Source: an uncultured Mollicutes bacterium (GTDB lineage Bacteria; Bacillota_I; Bacilli_A; ML615J-28; CAG-313). Taken from it: a stretch of 62,865 nucleotides of DNA. Made by a program: the position numbers and the translations under genes. Positions 58,803 through 62,865 of this stretch are shown here, piece after piece (positions within the stretch are counted from its first letter, which is position 1; every line of letters begins with the position of its first letter). The notes beneath the pieces are model-generated. The model was not told where the DNA came from. It did no database searches and was given only the letters and a program-made list of their open reading frames with translations. The stretch is from assembly GCA_900538885.1 (NCBI GenBank), contig UQAI01000003.1:1-62865 (forward strand). Reading direction: 5' to 3'.

Positions 58803-59963
58803 TTATTCCTTCTTTCTAATTGGTAATTTGTATTCATTTAAATAAATATTTGGGTTGTTTGTCAATATTCCATATAATTTACTTGCGATAATTTCATAAT
58901 GCAATGATTCAGGTATTTTATTTAATTCATTCGGTGATGAAAATATCATTTTTTTAGTTGTTTTGTCTAAAGCATTAAGATAGCTAAGGCCTATTTCATT
59001 TATACCTAAGATTCGTAGATAATTTATTTTTGAAAAGTCAACTGTCTTTAATTGAATTAAAAGTGAAATAAGCAGACGTCTAATTCTATTAACTGAGTAC
59101 TTTTTATTTTTTAAAGAGTCAAGCAAATTAGAATAAGTGTGAGTAAAGTCACCATTTTTCATAATATAGTTATCAATACCCTCTTTGTTTCCATTTATTT
59201 CTTTAAAAGGATTAATAAACGGAAATTGGAGAGTTTGAAAACTAATTATTCTAAGTAAATTATTTTCAGCCGTTGTTAGGTCAATAAAATGAGGCTTATA
59301 AGGTATATATTTCGTAATATCTTCATTTTTTTGAAAAGTTTCGCGAATATAAGACGCACTAGCGATATTAGAATTAGTGTTTTCTTTTTGATAATAATCG
59401 TTAGTTCTTTTGATTAAATGAAGCTTAATGTTTAGATTTTGATCTCTGATTACGCGGTAGTACTGAAAGCCTAAAGTAAAATTAGGCTTATTAAACTCTT
59501 CGATTTCTGATATGCTAATTCCCATATTCTTTAAGACTTCTGTAAAAATCTTTTTGTGGCTAGTTTGCCTAGACGAGTAGTCTTTTAAAATTTGAGAAAA
59601 TTCATTTGATGTGATTAGATCGTAAAATTTTTCAAATTGCTTAATATCAGTAGTTTCACACCCAATAACAATGTCAGTAACACCTATTTGATTTAAAATA
59701 GAAACGGTACTAGCCGCAAAGTAATTAGCACTTTGGAGGGTGTAACAAATGGGTAGTTCAAGTATAATATCAATATTTTGGTCTTGCAAAATCTTAATTT
59801 TATCAAATTTGTTAATAATGGAAATTTCTCCACGCATTGTAAACGAAGTAGAAGTAATACATATAAAAGGAGAATCAGGAAATATGGCTTTTGCAGAATT
59901 GATTAGATGTTTATGCCCATTATGAAAAGGATTAGCTTCAAAAATTAAACCAACTACATGCAT
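58803..59963 (-). CDS. tmcAL: tRNA(Met) cytidine acetate ligase (UPF0348/YlbM nucleotidyltransferase family)
   Basis: The N-terminal GLIFEANPFHNGHKHL HxGH-type motif is present. The protein is 386 aa and has an AAAGGAG RBS. Confidence 0.75.
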   Translation of the reverse strand: MHVVGLIFEANPFHNGHKHLINSAKAIFPDSPFICITSTSFTMRGEISIINKFDKIKILQDQNIDIILELPICYTLQSANYFAASTVSILNQIGVTDIVIGCETTDIKQFEKFYDLITSNEFSQILKDYSSRQTSHKKIFTEVLKNMGISISEIEEFNKPNFTLGFQYYRVIRDQNLNIKLHLIKRTNDYYQKENTNSNIASASYIRETFQKNEDITKYIPYKPHFIDLTTAENNLLRIISFQTLQFPFINPFKEINGNKEGIDNYIMKNGDFTHTYSNLLDSLKNKKYSVNRIRRLLISLLIQLKTVDFSKINYLRILGINEIGLSYLNALDKTTKKMIFSSPNELNKIPESLHYEIIASKLYGILTNNPNIYLNEYKLPIRKKE

Positions 59964-59992
59964 AATGTACTCCTTTCTTAATTACTTTTACT

Positions 59993-60021
59993 ATTATACC
60001 AAAAAACACATTTTTTCGCAA
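59993..60021 (-). promoter_or_regulatory. Sigma-A promoter for tmcAL-mrp (minus strand)
   Basis: On the minus strand, TTGCGA (60021-60016), a 17-nt spacer, then TGGTATAAT (60001-59993). Confidence 0.6.
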
Positions 60022-60029
60022 TTCTTTTA

Positions 60030-60038
60030 TGTTATAAT
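60030..60038 (+). promoter_or_regulatory. Extended -10 element TGTTATAAT (divergent + strand promoter)
   Basis: A TGnTATAAT lies 20 nt upstream of ATG 60058. The -35 is weak. Confidence 0.4.
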
Positions 60039-60057
60039 TTACTAAATGAGGTGAATT

Positions 60058-60372
60058 ATGAATAAAAAAATAAGTTGTGATGAGTTAAATGAGTTAATTG
60101 ATGTAAAGAAACAGGTAATTGTAAGAATAGTCTCTCGTGCAAGTTATTTGGAATTATTGTCACAGGCGTTGACAGAAAGAATTGTAAAAGAAACTTCGGT
60201 GGGATATGGAATAATGGAAAAAACTGAATTCGAAAGATATTTAAAAAATAATAAACAAAAGACAAATTGTGTGTTTTCTGGCACTATTTATTTAATAAAT
60301 AAAAATAAAAGTGTAAAAAATTTACCATATTTTTGTGGCTATAAGAAAATGTTATCCATAATAACAGAGTAA
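60058..60372 (+). CDS. Hypothetical protein (104 aa)
   Basis: A GAGGTG RBS precedes the start. I recognised no family. Confidence 0.45.
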   Translation: MNKKISCDELNELIDVKKQVIVRIVSRASYLELLSQALTERIVKETSVGYGIMEKTEFERYLKNNKQKTNCVFSGTIYLINKNKSVKNLPYFCGYKKMLSIITE

Positions 60373-60498
60373 TAATAATGTATTCATATACTACTTGATG
60401 CATAACATTCATTATGTATTATATTTTATAAAACTATTAATACAGTATTTGTCCTTTAGCTTTTAGATTGTGTTTTGCTTTAATAATTAGTCAAAATA

Positions 60499-60507
60499 TG
60501 GTATAAT
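60499..60507 (+). promoter_or_regulatory. Extended -10 promoter element TGGTATAAT
   Basis: A perfect TGnTATAAT lies 21 nt upstream of ATG 60528. Confidence 0.45.
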
Positions 60508-60527
60508 ATACAAGTTGGAGGGAGATT

Positions 60528-62000
60528 ATGGATAATCAAAAAGACAAAAAAATAACGAAAGTATTCTATAAAATCAGTGTAATTTTATCAAATCGTAAAA
60601 AGGAATCTAGTAAGGTTTATTTTAGTAAGCCTTCTTTAAAATCAATATTTTTATCAATATTTTCATCACTACTAGTTGTTGATTTTATATTTAGGTTTAT
60701 GAAATTATTTGATTACGAAAATGTGAATGTAACTGAAAACATTTATCAATTAGGTGGAATTGCTGGTGGAGTGATGCTAGCAATTGTTATAATGATTGTT
60801 GTTTCAAAACAAATAATTTTAAAATATTTTAAATATATTTCCGCTCCCTTAGTTATTATTGGTATTTTATTTAGTTATTATTCCTTTAATAATTTTAGTT
60901 TAGCCCTAGGTTCAACCCTACTTGGTTTTGGATATGGAATTATTTTTGGATTAATTGTCAATTTATTTCTGTATTCATTTGGAATGTCAGAACGATTAAT
61001 TTTTAGTTTAGTGCTTATAATGTTATTTTTTAGTTATTCTTTCTATTTTAATGTTTTTATTGGTGATATGGTGAAGCGTATTTATATTCCTTCGTGTTTA
61101 GCCATCATTGTTTACCTATTGTTCATCTTTTGTAATGATTATTTCGTAATAAATGATAGAAGTGAAAAAGTTCCAACTTATTCGTTGGTATTACTTATCG
61201 CAATGTTGTTTATCGTTTGTATGAATCAAGCTTTTGTAGGTGCAATTGAATTAAGTGTTCATACTAGTGGAATTCAAGCGTCAAAATCATATTATTCTAC
61301 GACCTATTATATAGGATTTGTGATTTGTTGCTTAGTTACTGTTTTTGCATTCTTGTATTCTAAAAAAGCAATGATCTTATTAATTATAATTTATTTTATG
61401 TCCGTTTTTGGAGCTCATCAATTAACGATATTTAATACAGCTTTTGATGGTGATGTTGTATTTTGGCGTCAAGCAGCGGATGTAGCATATGGTTTTTCTA
61501 ATTCTTTAGGTTATATAACCATTTTTATGCTGATTGCGAAAATATTAGATGATAAAGCATCACGTTTTAACCTTTTATATGTATCACTATGTACTATTTG
61601 CTTTACCTTTTCAAGTGTTTTTTTACGTAAATATTTAATGAATATCGATATAAGAGCCCTTGCGATTGCATTAATGATAATCAATTTTGTGATAGGTGTT
61701 ATTATTATTATTATTAATGTACTTGAATACATTAGAATAATAAGCACAAATAATGTAGTGACAGAAATTGCCGATAAAGTAGAAGAAAATGATGTGGTGG
61801 TTGATCCAAATGAAGTTTTAACCCCTAAAGAAAAAGTCGTTTTTGAACTTTTAATTGAAGGACTTACTTTAAGACAAATTGCTGGTGAACTTAGCATGAA
61901 GTATGATTCAGTAAATTTTCACTATAAAAACATTTACCGAAAATTAGGTGTTAATTCAAAAATTGAGTTAATTCTAAGATATGGTGATCTAAATAAATAA
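60528..62000 (+). CDS. Polytopic membrane protein with C-terminal LuxR-type HTH (membrane-bound transcriptional regulator)
   Basis: It has about 10-12 TM helices over aa ~35-405, then LTPKEKVVFELLIEGLTLRQIAGELSMKYDSVNFHYKNIYRKLGV (GerE/LuxR HTH). It has a GGAGGGAG RBS. Confidence 0.75.
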   Translation: MDNQKDKKITKVFYKISVILSNRKKESSKVYFSKPSLKSIFLSIFSSLLVVDFIFRFMKLFDYENVNVTENIYQLGGIAGGVMLAIVIMIVVSKQIILKYFKYISAPLVIIGILFSYYSFNNFSLALGSTLLGFGYGIIFGLIVNLFLYSFGMSERLIFSLVLIMLFFSYSFYFNVFIGDMVKRIYIPSCLAIIVYLLFIFCNDYFVINDRSEKVPTYSLVLLIAMLFIVCMNQAFVGAIELSVHTSGIQASKSYYSTTYYIGFVICCLVTVFAFLYSKKAMILLIIIYFMSVFGAHQLTIFNTAFDGDVVFWRQAADVAYGFSNSLGYITIFMLIAKILDDKASRFNLLYVSLCTICFTFSSVFLRKYLMNIDIRALAIALMIINFVIGVIIIIINVLEYIRIISTNNVVTEIADKVEENDVVVDPNEVLTPKEKVVFELLIEGLTLRQIAGELSMKYDSVNFHYKNIYRKLGVNSKIELILRYGDLNK

Positions 62001-62030
62001 CGTATTTTCAGATGAAAATACGTTTTTTTT
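62000..62030 (+). terminator. Rho-independent terminator
   Basis: A 10-bp stem ACGTATTTTC/GAAAATACGT has an AGAT loop and is followed by T-run. Confidence 0.85.
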
Positions 62031-62086
62031 ATTATTAAAATGGAAATTAAAAATTATTAACGTAATATATGGTTGGTGATGTTAAA

Positions 62087-62509
62087 ATGAAAAGAGAAAA
62101 AGGAATCACTATTTTGGAGGTAATACTTGCTATATTAATGATTGGTTTAGCAAGTACGATGGTTATTAAAGTTATCAACCTTTATAATAGTCAAAATGGT
62201 AAATATGAGACGGATCGAGCCTATTACTGCGAAGTTATAAAGGCATATCATTTATTAATGGTCACTAATAATATAAAAACTGAAAATAAAGTTTTTAAAT
62301 ATGAAAATAATCAATATGAAGTATATGTTGATGATATTTTAGTAATGTGGGTAAAAGATAATTCTATTTGTGCAATTGAAAATAATGAACAATATGAGTT
62401 TGAACTAATCTATAATTTTTCATGTAAAATTGAAAATAATTATTTATTACTGTCATTTGATGGGATTAAAGGAAAAGATAGTTTATTTGTGAGGTGGATA
62501 TATGAGTGA
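62087..62509 (+). CDS. Prepilin-type N-terminal-motif protein (type IV pilin / ComG pseudopilin-like, 140 aa)
   Basis: MKREKG-ITILEVILAILMIGLAS matches the class III signal (G then xTLxE plus a hydrophobic helix). GGTGA lies 7 nt before ATG 62087. Confidence 0.55.
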   Translation: MKREKGITILEVILAILMIGLASTMVIKVINLYNSQNGKYETDRAYYCEVIKAYHLLMVTNNIKTENKVFKYENNQYEVYVDDILVMWVKDNSICAIENNEQYEFELIYNFSCKIENNYLLLSFDGIKGKDSLFVRWIYE

Positions 62510-62765
62510 AGTTTATGTTGTAGTTATAAGAAATCGAGTGAAGTGGGAAGTAAGGGTAATTAGCCAAAATAATCAATGTTGTTTTGAAAATGACAATCTA
62601 ATTTCGCTATATGATGATGTTATACGTAGCTTATTGATTTATTATCAAAATAAAAACAAAATAATTTGGTTATTTCACTTTTATAACCAAGCTTATATAA
62701 GAAGTGAAAGTAGTAAAAAAAATAATATTAAAAATGTTTTACAAAATAATGTAATTGTAGTATAG
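62502..62765 (+). CDS. Hypothetical protein (87 aa), overlaps the pilin-like gene by 8 nt
   Basis: It overlaps the preceding gene (ATGAGTGA) and has a GAGGTGG RBS inside that gene's 3' end. I recognised no family. Confidence 0.4.
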   Translation: MSEVYVVVIRNRVKWEVRVISQNNQCCFENDNLISLYDDVIRSLLIYYQNKNKIIWLFHFYNQAYIRSESSKKNNIKNVLQNNVIVV

Positions 62766-62817
62766 TATAGCTTGATATAGCGAATATCAAATAAACTATG
62801 TGAGGAGGTCAAAGAAA

Positions 62818-62865
62818 ATGAAGTCAAGAATCTTAAAGACAGTTGGTCTTATTGCAGCTATGGTA
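62818..62865 (+). CDS. 5' end of a secreted or membrane protein gene (truncated by the window edge)
   Basis: A GAGGAGG RBS precedes MKSRILKTVGLIAAMV..., which looks like a signal peptide. Confidence 0.4.
   Translation, partial: MKSRILKTVGLIAAMV

Noticed and set aside
1-62865. I looked for mobile elements, prophage genes, CRISPR arrays, toxin-antitoxin pairs, restriction-modification or other defence systems, rRNA genes, and in-frame TGA recoding.
   Set aside because: I recognised no transposase, integrase, Cas, phage structural or methyltransferase-like ORFs and no spacer-repeat arrays. All long ORFs close normally under the standard code.

Overview
This is a low-GC Firmicutes-type chromosomal segment using the standard genetic code. 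Genes are densely packed and almost all sit on the + strand. Nearly every gene has a GGAGG-like RBS, and many have TGnTATAAT extended -10 promoters and clear rho-independent terminators. Most of the content is core housekeeping:
- Purine and pyrimidine salvage: purB-purA, pdp, cdd.
- asnA, malQ and gap.
- The phoH-ybeY-cdd-era-yqzL-recO block.
- polC, rnj, rarA and rpmG.
- A T-box leader followed by alaS-ruvX-DUF1292, then tmcAL and mrp.

Endospore genes show the host is a spore former: dacF-spoIIAA-spoIIAB-sigF and spoVAC-AD-AE-AF. A Clostridia- or Erysipelotrichia-like lineage is inference only. The window also holds an ArsR plus P1B-ATPase metal efflux pair, an OmpR-type two-component system next to an HtrA lipoprotein, and one tRNA-Thr(GGU). 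I recognised no rRNA, CRISPR array, IS element, prophage or known defence system.

The features most worth a second look:
1. A tandem pair of paralogous polytopic membrane proteins (49874-53869). One ends in a zinc ribbon. The other is a 985-aa A/E/K coiled-coil giant built from four families of near-perfect in-frame tandem repeats around a small globular domain.
2. An FtsK/SpoIIIE-shaped membrane protein whose Walker A and Walker B motifs are both gone (32565-34241).
3. A seamless PurB-PurA fusion (52-2622).
4. A PII/DarA-like small protein translationally coupled to an RCK-less CPA2 antiporter (18136-19796).
5. A gene inactivated by a 1-nt change in an A-run (11824-12455).
6. A DUF1292 protein with a Cys/His-rich tail (57250-57618).
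7. A polytopic LuxR-type regulator followed by an orphan prepilin-like gene at the window end (60528-62765).

All calls come from reading the translated ORFs and the DNA directly. No database search was run.
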